Shown: positions 29,570 through 41,184 of the stretch, one piece after another
How the letters are laid out: every line of letters begins with the position of its first letter
Numbering within the stretch: position 1 is the stretch's first letter
The notes under the pieces: model-generated
The model's database searches: none
What the model was told of the DNA's origin: nothing
What the model saw: the letters and a program-made list of their open reading frames with translations, nothing else
Program-made: the position numbers and the translations under genes
From: an uncultured Acidobacteriota bacterium
GTDB taxonomy: Bacteria > Acidobacteriota > UBA6911 > RPQK01 > JAPXNP01
Direction: 5' to 3'
Length of the DNA: 64,000 bases
NCBI GenBank assembly: GCA_963777605.1
Contig: CAVZRV010000027.1
Coordinates: 512,001-576,000 of the forward strand

Positions 29570-32500
29570 ATGATTTGCCCAAATTGCGGCCGTCAAAACC
29601 CGGACGAGTCGAAAGTCTGTGAATGGTGCTCTCAGTCTCTCTCCCGGAAGGCTGACAGGAGCGCACTCCGAACCGCACGCCGAAGGAAGCGATAGAAACC
29701 ACGGTCATTGTCCCGCCGCCGGACTCGGAAAAGACCTGGGGGCAATGCGCGAAGCTCGGGTGCTTTGCCTGGCGGCAGCGATGTTGGCCCCCGCTACCGG
29801 ATAATCCGGCTCCTCGGCCAGGGTGGGATGGGTACCGTTTACCTGGCAGAGGATCGGGAACTGGAACGGAAAGTCGCCCTCAAACTGATCCGACCGGATC
29901 TGGTCTCCGACCCGAATATATTGGCTCGATTCAAGCGGGAAATCCAACTGTCGAGTGAAATAACTCATCCCAACGTGCTGCGGGTCTTCGATCTCGGTGA
30001 GACAGCGACTACCCGATTTGTCACGATGCAATACGTTGAGGGCCAGGATTTGGCAACGCTCCTCAAGAATGAGGGCCGCCTCCCTCTGGACCAGCGTACT
30101 GGATATCTTTCGGCAGATTACCGAGGGGCTTGCGGCCGCCCACCGCAAGGGAGTCACCCACAGAGATCTCAAGCCTCAGAATGTCATGGTCGAAAACACC
30201 GGCCAAGTCTATCTGACCGATTTCGGCTTGGCACAGTCGGTCAAGCTGACCGCATTAACCGAGACCGGGGCCCTCCTCGGAACGCCGTTCTACATGTCCC
30301 CGGAACAGGTTAAAGGGGAGAAGGTTGACGCCCGCTCGGACATCTTTTCGCTGGGCGTACTTCTGTACGAGCTGCTGACAGGCCACGTCCCTTACGACGG
30401 GGACTCAGCTTACCAGGTCATGTTTCAACGCTTGCAGCGGCCTCCGACACCGGTCCGGAAACTGAATCCCGACCTCCCCGACTACCTCGTGAAGTTGCTC
30501 GACAAGTGCCTCGAAACGGACCCATCACTCGCGCTACCGGGACGCCTCCGAAGTCATTCCGGATCTGGAACGGGAGGAGGTCGAGACTTCCGTCCTCTAC
30601 CAACTGCGACGGAGAAGATGGCTCCGCCCGCTCACCCTCTCCATCATCGCCCTGCTGCTGGCGGTTGCAGCGCTCTGGACCTTCCTCCCGAAAGCGGGGG
30701 ATGCTACCAGTACTGTCGTCGAGGAGCAGCTTCTGCCCGCTGTCGGTGTCCTGCCATTCCAGAACCGGACTGGAGATTCGACCCTCGACTGGTTCGGCGA
30801 AGGGGTGGCCCGGCTCGTCACCGACTCTCTGTCGACCTCACGGCATCTGAGAGTAGTCTCGATGGCCCGCATGGGCGCATTGCTCAAGGAAAATCCCGCT
30901 GAAGAAGCTCTGCAAGCCGCTGCGGCTGCGGCCGGGATCGAGTTTCTGCTTTCCGGCGAACTTCTCCCGACCGGTGAATCGATGACCCTGGCCTCCCGAT
31001 TGGTCGCGACGAAGTCGGGAGAACAGATCTCCTCAAAACGCATCGACGGTCTTTCCCGTCAAAATGTTCTGGCCAGCAGCGATGACGTGGCCATGACCGT
31101 CCGGCAGGGCCTGAATCTGCCTTTGACTCGTGACGTGGACGTATTCGCAGCCGACTTCGCCACCCGAAATCCCGCTTCATACGAAGCTTACGTACGCGGC
31201 TTGCAGGCCCTGACCGACTACCACAACGATGAGGCCGAAAAGAGCTTTCGGACTGCGCTCGACCTGGCTCCCGACTTCACGATGGCCCGTTACCGCCTGG
31301 CCACCGTTCTGGCCACCACCGGACAAATGGAGGCTGCACTGAAGGAAATCGGCCGCGCGGCGTCGGAAGCCGACTCGCCTCCCTGACCGAGAATCCCGCT
31401 ACGTCCGGGCCGCAGAGGCCTGGTACAATCGCCGTTACGACGAAGCGCTGAAAGCTTATCAGGATCTTGTTGACGCCTACCCATACGAGAGTGAAGCCCG
31501 CCTGTTCCTCGCTTACGTCTATTCCGACCTCGGCGATTATGAGCAGGAGGCCGCGCAACTGAAGGTCCTCACCGAACTGGAGCCCCAGATGCACACCAGT
31601 TGGGTCGCGCTGGGGGGAGCGTACCTGCGCCTGGGAGAGTTCAATCAGGCGGTGACCGCCCTGATGCAGTATTTGACGCTGCAGCCCGACAACCCGAATG
31701 CCTACGAGATGCTGGGAAACGCCTATCGGGCCCAGGGGGAGTTTGACCTGGCCTGTGACGAATACCGGAAGGCTCTCGAATACGACCCTGCCTTTCACTT
31801 CGCCAGCCACCAGATGGCGGTGACCCAGGCTCTGCAGGGAAAGCTCGATGATGCGGAATCCGGCCTTGCCAAGCTGATTGCAGACGCGAGCGTCCCTCCC
31901 AGCCTGCGGATTGACTCCGCGTTCGACCTGACCTCTCTGCGCCGGGCGCGGGGCCGGTTCTCCAGAGCGAGCCAACCTCTCGAGGCCCTCGAAGAGCCGA
32001 TTCGGGAAGAGAAGGTCCGGGAAGCCATGGCGCTCAGCGTTCAAGGTACGAATCTGCTGGAACTGGGTCGGCTGAAAGAATCGAAGCAGCTCATTGACCG
32101 GGCGATCGAGCGGTCGCCGGGCGTACCCACGCGCTACCTGTTCGCCCGGGGCCTGCTCGAATTGAAACAGGGAGAACTGGCTAAGGTCCGGCAGACGGCG
32201 TCAAAGATCCTCGAAGGATCTCTTCCACCGGATAATCCCGATCGGACCGAGGATAAGGCGGCCGCCTGCCTGACCGGCCTTGCGCTGCTCAAAGAGGGGA
32301 AGGCGCAGGAGTCCGTCGAGCAACTGACCCGTTCAGTCGCGCTGTCCGGCTACGAGTACGCCATCTATCGCCTCGCACTCGCTGAGGCTTACCTGCAGGC
32401 GGGTCGCCTCCAGGAAGCACTGGCCGCCGCGCGCCAGGCATCGGCTCCGCTGGACCCGGTCGAACCCCGACTGGACCTCATGCTGGATCAGGCGAGGGCC

Positions 32501-32644
32501 GCTCTCGTCCTGGCCCGGGTCCAGGCCGAACTGGGCCGGAGGGAGGAAGCGTCATCCCTGGCCTCGAGCTTCCTTCACAAGTGGTCGCACGCCGACCCGG
32601 GCCTGCCTGAGACCCGGGCGGCGCAGAACCTCACGGGGAAGTGA
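29570..32644 (+). CDS. Membrane Hanks-type Ser/Thr kinase: zinc ribbon-kinase-TM-TolB-like-TPR; about 5 frameshifts (sequencing error or pseudogene)
   Basis: MICPNCG..CEWC at 29570. LGQGGMGTVY/VALKLI in ORF 29708; HRDLKPQN, DFGLA, GTPFYMSPEQ and SDIFSLG in ORF 29997. TM and VGVLPFQNRTGD are in frame with ORF 30805; TPRs are in ORFs 30805 and 31589. Confidence 0.85.
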
Positions 32645-32646
32645 CC

Positions 32647-34465
32647 CTATCGCGGCACCGGCGTAATCCGTCCCGCGCCCCCCGGTGTGACCTCTCCATA
32701 GGAGGCGAAGCCGTTTCCATCCAGGTCGTAGAAGAAGTAACAGAAAACGTCCTCCAGCCCATCGTAATAGTGCTTGAAATGGGCTACCGCTTCGTTGGAG
32801 ATCAACTCATACTCCGGAGGGAGATCCGAGGCGTCAATCACCCCGTCATCGTTTCGATCCTCCATCACGGCGGGAGCCCGGCCGTTGACCACGAATGCCC
32901 GTACCGTGATGACCAGGACCTCCTCCGGGAGAGCAATTCCGTAGCCATTGAAGCCAACTTCCGTCACCGGGCCGCCGTCGACCCGGATTAAGCTCGTGAT
33001 CGGATTACCCCCTTCCCCCTGTCGAGGGATATTCTCGGGAGCTTCGTCTCCGAGCGAAGGGTCGCTGACCATCTGATCGAGCAGAACCGTCGGCCTGAAC
33101 AGCAATCTGGGAGACATCAGGTTGGCTTCCACCCTGACCCGATCACTACCGTCAACCAGGACGTAGGAAACCGTGTTCAAGAACCCGGAAAGATTCCTCG
33201 CACCCACTGCATCCTTGCTCTCGTCATCCAGAATCAGCCCAAATCCCGCGTCGGCGAGCAGTACCAGGCCCGGCAAATCATCGTTGGCCCCGGGACCATA
33301 ACCGTCAAGGACGGGCAACCCGTCGGATGTGCCCAGGTCCGGGCCGATCTCAACTGGAAGATCGTTCGCGCCTGATTGTTGATAAGGACCATACCTGGAC
33401 TTGGCGAATACGTGAAGTAGCGGGTTCTCGGAGCAGAGCCCGTTGGCCGGATCTTCCCTTATCGGAGCGTTGCCTGCCAAATCGACGACCCCGGCAAGAT
33501 CGACATCCGGAGTGAATTCAAGGTAGGTCTCGTTCGCCTCGCAGGGTGGCCCAGTGAAAAAATAGTTGACGTTGAGCCGCGTATATCGCTCGACGCAGAC
33601 CCAAGAGGAATTACAGTCACTGTTCCCAATGCAATCCTGACTGTAAGCGTCGCAATTCGCTGAGTTGGCCTCTTCACAGCAAAACTTGTAGGGACCGTAC
33701 CGCGGTTCCCAGGACAGGCACCCGTAGTAGGGATCGGAAGGGTCACGAAAGTAATCCGGGTCGTCAAACACGATCCGTCCGGTTGCGCCTTCCTGAGGAA
33801 ATTGCATCCCGGAACCCGGTCCGGCGATCCCGATTTCGCCGTTCGCCACCATCTCGATCGTGAGGGGAAAGCCGCTTGTCGGGACCAAGGGTAACTCGCT
33901 CATGTCCTTCGACGGAGAGAGGATCGACAGCTCAATGGGTAATCGAGCAGTGGCGATCTCGCCATTCGGGTACATCTGAGTCTCGACAACTGCGAAAGCC
34001 TGACCAATTTCGAGCATCTCCAGGAGCACTTCCAGGCTCGGCACTGTAGGCTGGAGATCTCCCGGCGTCAAACCTCCCTCGGCGAGGGTCCCCTGACCGG
34101 TCCAGGCATCGGATTGAAAGAGCACCGCGACGATCCGATCGTCCGAAGCCCTTCTGATGTAGGCCCCCGTGACTCCCTCGAGGTTCGCCACGTTGAGCTT
34201 GAACCAGAGTTGGTCTCCGGTCCTTATTCATTTTCAGAGTCATCTGGCCCACGCCCTGCGTCTCGACGGGTGGCCGCACGTTCCGCCCCGACAGGTGAAG
34301 TGAGAGGTTCTTCGAAAACCCTGGCGTGACGAGAACGACAGCCGTCAGGATCATCAACGTCAGATAGCAGCGAGGCAAGCATCGGGCCGTCGGCCTCACG
34401 CATCCTTTCGTGAAATGACCCGTTGAGGACTTGACCAACAGTCGGCAGGATCCCAGGCGTTCCAT
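32647..34465 (-). CDS. Secreted CHRD-domain protein with a Cys-rich segment and Ca-binding-like DxDxDG motifs; frameshift at about 34215
   Basis: GGAGG RBS before ATG 34465. LSGRNVRPPVETQGVG (ORF 33932) continues after the shift as LWFKLNVANLEGVTGAYI...VETQMYPNGEI (CHRD pattern). C-terminal DRNDDGVIDASD and DLDGNG. Confidence 0.65.
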
Positions 34466-34858
34466 CGCGTACCTCCATCACGGCCGATAAGGCAGACCAG
34501 TCAATATAGACGCGCACAAACTTGACTTCCATATTAATCTGGTCTGATTCGATCCGCAATCATTAAGTCAAATTCCTGCAATAAATTTGCCGGGTTTCTT
34601 CAATCTGAAAGTGCAGTGGACGGAGGCATCCAAATGGAGGGCCATCTTGGATATGGCCAAGACAAAAAGAGTCGAGCTTCCCGATCGTCGGCAGTTTCCG
34701 GGCATGAGTGCCGCAACGGCAGGATCCGCGATCTCCGGACCCGGAGGTGAAGTCCGTGCTCTTTCCGGTCAACGTCAAATCTTGAAATCTGAATCCAGCC
34801 GCAGTAATCTCGCTCGGTTTATACAGAGATTGCGGTTTCAGACTCCCGAGGTGTTCCA

Positions 34859-35687
34859 ATGAAAAGACTGACTGTGGCCCTTCTCCCCGTTGCCGGGCTC
34901 TTCCTCCTGCTGGCTTTCGGCGGCGCAAGCCGACTCAATTGCCGCCCTGAAAAAACTGGGCATATCCGAAGACGAAGCTCGCCAGAGTGTCTGGTACAGC
35001 CTGAGCGGGGGCTACTTTTCATACCCGGCCAAACCATCCCTCAAGCAGGTTCCCCCGGCCCAACGCGCGGCGCTGGTCACGCTGATTGGAAAGTTCGCTC
35101 GAGCCTATGCGGAATCGGACTCCTTTCTGGAGAACTACCGGAAGTACCGCGAAGAGAGAAAGCCAACTCCTCCCGATGCTCCCACCACCGCGGAGCAGGA
35201 TCGCCAGGCCATGAAGGAACAGTACCAGCGCAGTATCAAAGAGACTGAAGAGGTGATGAGTTCCATGCCCCTCGAGCAGAAGAGGGCCATGGAAGAGACT
35301 TTGAACATGATGAAGGAGCAGCTCAAAGCCCTGGACAACCCGGACAATCCGATGTTCAGCAAAGAGGTGAATTCCATCAAACAGCAGGGGTACCAGGCAG
35401 AACGCCAGGATTACAACAGCCGCCTTGCGGTATGGATCAAGAGCTATCCCGAGTCCCCGAACCAGATGATTCAGCTGCGCCTGAAGCAGTTCCTCTCGGA
35501 ATCGGCGGGAGTCGACTTCGACGCGAAACTCAAGCGAAGGGCAGACGGCAAGATGATTTTCGAGAACCCGGCCTACGAGAGCAAGCCCCCACAGTGGAAA
35601 CTCTGCTATCGACTCGGGCGGGAGACTGTTGAAGCAGCCCGATCGTTTGCGAACCAGTGGCTGAACGATATTGAGGGGACTTTCTAG
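34859..35687 (+). CDS. Secreted hypothetical helical protein; frameshift at about 34920
   Basis: Signal peptide MKRLTVALLPVAGLFLLLAF is in one frame; the mature coiled-coil protein (…VDFDAKL..FENPAYESKPPQWKLCYRLG) is in ORF 34890..35687. Confidence 0.65.
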
Positions 35688-36145
35688 GAGAACGGGATCT
35701 CGTGCATCTCCAGCCAGTTCCTTGCGATGCGCTCAACACCGACTTTCTGAAACTCCGACCAGGACTGCTCGAGGGAGTGCCGATAGAGGAGGGCCTGAAA
35801 TGCGCGAAACGGATCTGCTCCGTGGGCAGACTCGAGCAGTTCATCCCGCAACTGAAGATTCGGCTGACGATAGGCAAACTGCTCCATCAAATCAGTTTCG
35901 TGGAGCCGCAGCCGATTCGGCAGAGGCAGACAGGAAGACGACCCGATCGCCTCTCTAACCTTGGGCAGGAGACGCTGCTGCCACTCGGGGAGGTAAGCCG
36001 GGTCCACTTCCGCCTTGACGTAATCTCGCATCTCGTCAGAAACCGAAATAATTTCGCCGGTGTCCCGATTCAGGCAGGCAACCCAGCCGTCTCCCGTGAG
36101 AGCGATAAAATCCACAATCAGCTGCAATGAGACAACGACCGCCAC
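35684..36145 (-). CDS. UPF0158-family protein
   Basis: GTG at 36145 with GGAG RBS; LNRDTGEI, LPLP..HETDLMEQFA, LRDELL..GADPFRAF and ARNWLE pattern. Confidence 0.75.
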   Translation of the reverse strand: MAVVVSLQLIVDFIALTGDGWVACLNRDTGEIISVSDEMRDYVKAEVDPAYLPEWQQRLLPKVREAIGSSSCLPLPNRLRLHETDLMEQFAYRQPNLQLRDELLESAHGADPFRAFQALLYRHSLEQSWSEFQKVGVERIARNWLEMHEIPFS

Positions 36146-36413
36146 GAGGCGCTCCCAACCAGCAGGCATTCCCCCAGCCTGCCTTAAGTGAACCCGTTCT
36201 ACTTCAGACAAGGCCCTGCCAACGCAACATCCAAGTCTTGTCACCGGGATTCTAACCACTCCGATTGGAGATTGCCAGGAGCGAGAGAAGGGGAGGCAGA
36301 TGAACGGTCGATCACGAATCCCTTGATTCACGCACTTCAATGTGAGAGAAGGACTGCGTCCGCAGCTGCACTGTGGTCCATTGTCGGACCCGGTAAGTCA
36401 AGGAGCAGGATCA

Positions 36414-37428
36414 ATGCGAGAGATGGCGGGAATTGCACTGATAATTGCCTTGGTCTCGACCTCAACCGTCATTCGAGGCCAAACCCTGGTGTTCGAAGGA
36501 GAGGAAGGCCCTGGCACGGGCAAGCAGGTCGTCCTCATTTCAGGTGACGAGGAATATCGCTCTGAAGAAGCCCTTCCTGCCCTGGCGAAAATCCTCGCCG
36601 CACACCACGGATATCGCTGCACCGTCCTGTTCGCCATGAGCGGGGAATACATCGATCCTGACAACGTGTCGAACATTCCCGGCCTGGAGGCGCTCGGAAC
36701 GGCCGACCTGATGATCATAGCCACCCGTTTTCGCAACCTGCCGGACCATCAGATGCGCTGGATCGACCGCTACCTGCGCCGGGGAGGCCCCGTCATCGGA
36801 CTGAGAACGGCAACTCATGCCTTTCAAATCCCGTCGGGTCGTCGGTATGCCCACTACGGTAACGGCTACTCGGGGGAAAAGACCCTCTGGACCGGGGGCT
36901 TCGGACGCCTGGTGCTGGGAGAAAAGTGGATTGACCACCACGGAAACCACGGCAAGGAGGCCACCAGAGGCATCATCCCCGACAACGTCAAGGAGCTTCC
37001 CATTCTCAAGGGATGCGCAGACATTTTTGGAACCACTGATGTTTACGAGGTGCGACTTCCGCTGCCCGGTGACAGCCGCCCACTGGTTCTGGGTGCGGTA
37101 TTGGAGGGGATGACACCTGATTCAAAACCCGTTCACGATGAACGCAATAATCCCATGATGCCGGTTGCCTGGACGAAGACCTACCAAATGGACGAAGGTC
37201 AACCGGGCCGGGTGTTCACGACAACGATGGGGGCGGCCGTCAGATCTTCTCAGCGAAGGGCTGCGCAGGCTCATCGTCAACGCCGCCTACTGGTGCACCG
37301 GCCTCGAAGACAAAATCCCGGAGCGCGCGAATGTTGATTTCGTGGGCCCATACGAGCCCTCCCCGTTCGGCTTCAGGGACGAGGCATACTGGCGGGACCG
37401 CCAGCTCACACCGGCTCAGTTCAAGTAG
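36414..37428 (+). CDS. ThuA-like (class I glutamine amidotransferase-like) secreted protein; frameshift at about 37245
   Basis: VLISGDEEYRSEEALP, TRFRNLP, GLRTATHAF, MPVAWT and RVFTTTMG; the C-terminus DLLSEGLRRLIVNAAYW is in ORF 37165..37428. Confidence 0.8.
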
Positions 37429-37484
37429 GATCGCCAAAACCCTATTCGTCCAGGTTCTCCAATTCATCCAGAACGCAGTTCAAA

Positions 37485-39028
37485 TCAGAAGTACTTGTCG
37501 ACGATCCACTGAGGCTGCCATTTGTCGGGCGTACGGGACCGGCCGGTCAGGTCGACCTCCCGCGGTTGAGGATCGCTCACCTGCAGAGGTTGTTGATCCT
37601 CAAGGCAAGCTTGCCACTGTGCGACAAGCGCTGTCATCGCCCGGATCCGCTCTTCCTGCGAGGGGTCGGCGGCCAGGTTCTCCAACTCATCCGGATCATT
37701 CCGCAGATCGAAAAGCTGGAGGAAATCAATCTGGGGATATCGGATTAACTTGTAGCGCTCGTCTCGAACCGCACGGATCTCTTTAGCAAAGGCCAGAAAC
37801 AGGCTGTCCCGAACCTTCGAACCGGCACCCGTCCAGATCGCGGACAAGTCCTTTCCGTCCAACTCGGGCGGCACCCCGACGCCCGCCACGGAAAGCACCG
37901 TGGCCGGTATATCCAGCAGATACGTAAGCGCCCCGGTGCTCCCATTCGGAATTCCGGGGCCGGCGAAGATCAAGGGAGACTTCTGACTGTGCTCGTAAAG
38001 GCTCTGTTTTCCGAGCAGGCCGTGGCTGCCGAGAGCCAGGCCATGATCGGCGGAAAACACAATAATCGTGTTCTCAGCCTTACCCGCCGATTCCAGCTTC
38101 TCGAGAACTCGGCCGATCTGATAGTCCAACCCCGAGATCATCGCGTAGTACTCCGCCAGTTGCTCACGGATGACCTGTTCCGTCCGGGGCCAGGGAGCCA
38201 GATTCTCGTCCCGAACGGTCAGCCATTGCCCGAGGTTGAACGGGTGCTGCGGCATAAAGTTGGCCGGGGCCGGAGGCCGATGCTCGTAGTAATAGCGTGC
38301 GAAGGGTTCGGGAGGCTGGCGGGGGTCGTGCGGGACCGTGAAAGCCACGTACATGTAGAAATGGTGCCTCGTCCGAGTAGTTGGTCGAGAAACTGGATGG
38401 CGGAATCGGCAAAGAGCTCGGTTGAGAATTTCTCCCCGTCCCGTTCGTTGACAAACTCCCGGTCCTCGTTGAGGTCAACGACAGGGACTTTCGTGTGATC
38501 CGACATTCCGCCGAAGAACACCGCCTGTCCGCGGTCAAAGCTTCGCAGCCAGGACTCGCGTCCGTTGTGCCACTTCCCTGTCGAGAAGGTCGTATACCCC
38601 GCCCGCCGGAGCCTTTCCCCCAGCGTAACCACTCCACCCAGATCATCGGGAATCCGAAAATAGGCCAGTCCCGAATTGACCATCGCCCGGCTCGGCACGC
38701 AGACGGCACCGCCGGAAGCACCGAGATTGTAGTTCGCCCGGAAGCTGAATCCCCGTTCGACCAGCCGGTCAAGGTTGGGAGTCTGAATGTGCCGGTTGCC
38801 CCATGCGGCGATCGTATCGGCCCGTTGATCATCCGCGAACAGAAACAGGATGTTCGGACGATTCTCAGGCGTCGGCTGCGAAACCGCTGCTTGGCGGGAG
38901 GCCGGCATCCTCGACGCACTCTTGACGAGCGGGTTCACTCCGGATGCCAATTCGGGAACTGCCAAAACAATCCCCGCTCCTCCCAACAGGATTATCCAAA
39001 GCCAGCGAACAGTCGAAGAGATCGTCAT
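37485..39028 (-). CDS. Sulfatase (choline-sulfatase-like); frameshift at about 38370
   Basis: RPNILFLFADDQ, CVPSRAM (FGly Cys) and GKWH are in ORF 38219..39028; PHDP, ADHG, GKQSLYE and LFDLRNDPDE are in ORF 37485..38354. Confidence 0.88.
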
Positions 39029-39097
39029 CGTCTCAGTCTTGCCCCGGGAAGCGCGGCCGTCAAGCCTGGGACGGGATTTACCACAACAGTAGGCCGA

Positions 39098-40864
39098 TCA
39101 GCGGGTCAACTCCAACGCTGTTTCGGGCTTCGAGCGGACGATCCCGACGACGCAATGGAGGCCGCCGTTGAAGAGAAGGGTCCGCCGAGCGTAGACGGGG
39201 ACCACCTGGTAACCCCTGGGCAGCCGCTCTTCAAGTTCGTCGTAAATCAGGTCTTCACCGGGCCCCAGGCCAAACTGGGGGACGAAAAGGGTCTTGTCGA
39301 TCAGCAGACTGTTGACATAGCTGATCCCGGACCAGGGGACTCCAAGATCGGGATCACCCGCGATCCGGGGAACCTTGATCACTTGGAAGCCGAGCCCTTC
39401 AAGGATCTTCCGCTTCGCCTCCAGATTTCTCCCAATACGGGAACGGAATCCCTCCAACTGGCTTTCCACCACCGAGAGCATCCGTCCTGGCAAACGCTCA
39501 TCCCCCCGGGCTTCGAGGGACGCCGTCACCCAATCGCTGAAAAGAACCCTGTCGTCCCTGGCGAGTTTCTCGCGCCCTTCTTCGGAGAAGCAGTCTTTGG
39601 GATCATTCGGACAGTGCTCGGAGAGGTACGAATTCATCTTCCGGTAAAGCTCAGGATCTTCCCTGAGCGGCCAGTTGGAACGCTTTGCCGCTGCCAACTC
39701 TTGGGCCAGTTCTTTCTTCGATTTCCTGAAATCGGCAGCCGACATTGCCCTCAACGACTGGAAATTGAGCGACGTCCACCCCTCCCAAGTCGGGAATCGC
39801 TCTTTGAGCGCGCGGAAGGCACCCTGGGCCACCTGAAAATCGTCCAGCAACGGCTCGCCGAGCAGGACGATGTTGTCTTTGGGAAGGAAAGCCACGAGGT
39901 AGTCTACGTGCGAAACCAGATCGGTGAAATCGATGGCCTCATCGGCCCCGAACTCCACCTGCAACACGTAGGCATACTCGTGCGGCGTCAGGTTCATGGC
40001 CCAGTACTGCTTGGCCCCGCTTCCGTAGAACATCAGCAGGCGGGAACGGTCCCTCGGATCGAGCACGAACTGAAGGTCGCCGCCCTCCCACGACAGGTTG
40101 GAGCGAACGAACTCGGACTTGCTGAACGACGACAGCAGTGGCTGGAAAAGGCCGGACGAACCGACATCTCCTTCGATCAACTCGCGGGTGAGCAGTACCC
40201 TTCGAAAACTCCCCACCCTCCCGCTCTTCAGGTAGTCCTGCACCCAAGGATTGGACATTTCAGCCAGGTTCCGATGAAAGAGGACCCGGTGGCTCGGGTT
40301 TGGAAAATTAAACTCTCTTGCCGAGTCAAGCCACTCGGGGGAGTAGTCGGACGACAGCGACAGATTGAATGTCAGCCCACCTTCGGATAGAGACCCTATG
40401 GCCTTTGCAATATCGAGCGAATCTCCCAGGGCCACGGACCGGCGAGCGATGAAGCTCGCCGCATCAATGTCAAAATAGAGCTCGGACACCGGGAAATTGT
40501 CGGGATCTGCACGAAACCCCCGAATCGTTGGCTCGTAGTAGAGATGACACCGACCCAGCTTGGGAACTTTCGTAACCAGGGCACGCCGGAACGGCAGGGC
40601 CTTTCTCTTGAAGAAGGCCTCGAGTGTGGTCTCATCCGGGGCACAGGCCCGTTTGATGGAATCCGCCACCGCGGCACCGGGAGCGACGAGACCCGGATCG
40701 ATTGGCACCAGCGTAACTTTCTGATCGAGAGCCTCGGTGTCAGTGCCCGGCGGACGCGCCCCAAGACAGGGATCGAGAAACCCGAAGAGAAACACCATAA
40801 ACAGGGAAAAAATCGCGGACCGGCCGCCGTGGCTTTGCAGACTCCGAGAGGCGCACTCGAGCAT
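39098..40864 (-). CDS. Pentein-superfamily deiminase, protein-arginine deiminase (PAD)-like, with a signal peptide
   Basis: NPWVQD, WEGGDL, SHVDYL, SYVNSL and GGLHC motifs in catalytic order. Confidence 0.7.
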   Translation of the reverse strand: MLECASRSLQSHGGRSAIFSLFMVFLFGFLDPCLGARPPGTDTEALDQKVTLVPIDPGLVAPGAAVADSIKRACAPDETTLEAFFKRKALPFRRALVTKVPKLGRCHLYYEPTIRGFRADPDNFPVSELYFDIDAASFIARRSVALGDSLDIAKAIGSLSEGGLTFNLSLSSDYSPEWLDSAREFNFPNPSHRVLFHRNLAEMSNPWVQDYLKSGRVGSFRRVLLTRELIEGDVGSSGLFQPLLSSFSKSEFVRSNLSWEGGDLQFVLDPRDRSRLLMFYGSGAKQYWAMNLTPHEYAYVLQVEFGADEAIDFTDLVSHVDYLVAFLPKDNIVLLGEPLLDDFQVAQGAFRALKERFPTWEGWTSLNFQSLRAMSAADFRKSKKELAQELAAAKRSNWPLREDPELYRKMNSYLSEHCPNDPKDCFSEEGREKLARDDRVLFSDWVTASLEARGDERLPGRMLSVVESQLEGFRSRIGRNLEAKRKILEGLGFQVIKVPRIAGDPDLGVPWSGISYVNSLLIDKTLFVPQFGLGPGEDLIYDELEERLPRGYQVVPVYARRTLLFNGGLHCVVGIVRSKPETALELTR

Positions 40865-41184
40865 CAGTCGTCGCTTTCGCCCGGGAAGGCCAGGGCTCTC
40901 CTCGTTACCCCATTCACTTCAGTTTCCAGCTGAAGGACGCATTTGCCGGTCCTGGACTAATTCCCGCCGGCCTATTCGGAGAACGTTTCCGAATCGTCAA
41001 TTGTTACGCTGGATTTCATACAGAGAGGCCGGTGACAGCCCATTGCGTCATACGGAAAGAAATGAAGACGAGAACCGAACCGCCCCCGAAGGAAATTCGA
41101 CGGTCGATATCCGGACTTCAACAAGACCCAGCTTCGCCGAGCCCCCTTCGTGGTCATGCCGAGCCGGAGCGTTGTTCAACCGAC

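Noticed and set aside
29570-32644. Programmed ribosomal frameshifting in the kinase and other split genes
   Set aside because: There are too many shifts in unrelated genes and no consistent slippery heptamer or stimulatory structure; sequencing error is simpler.
34540-34600. c-di-GMP-I riboswitch (GGCAAA on the minus strand)
   Set aside because: The GAAA tetraloop and the downstream GACGCAAAG core are missing.
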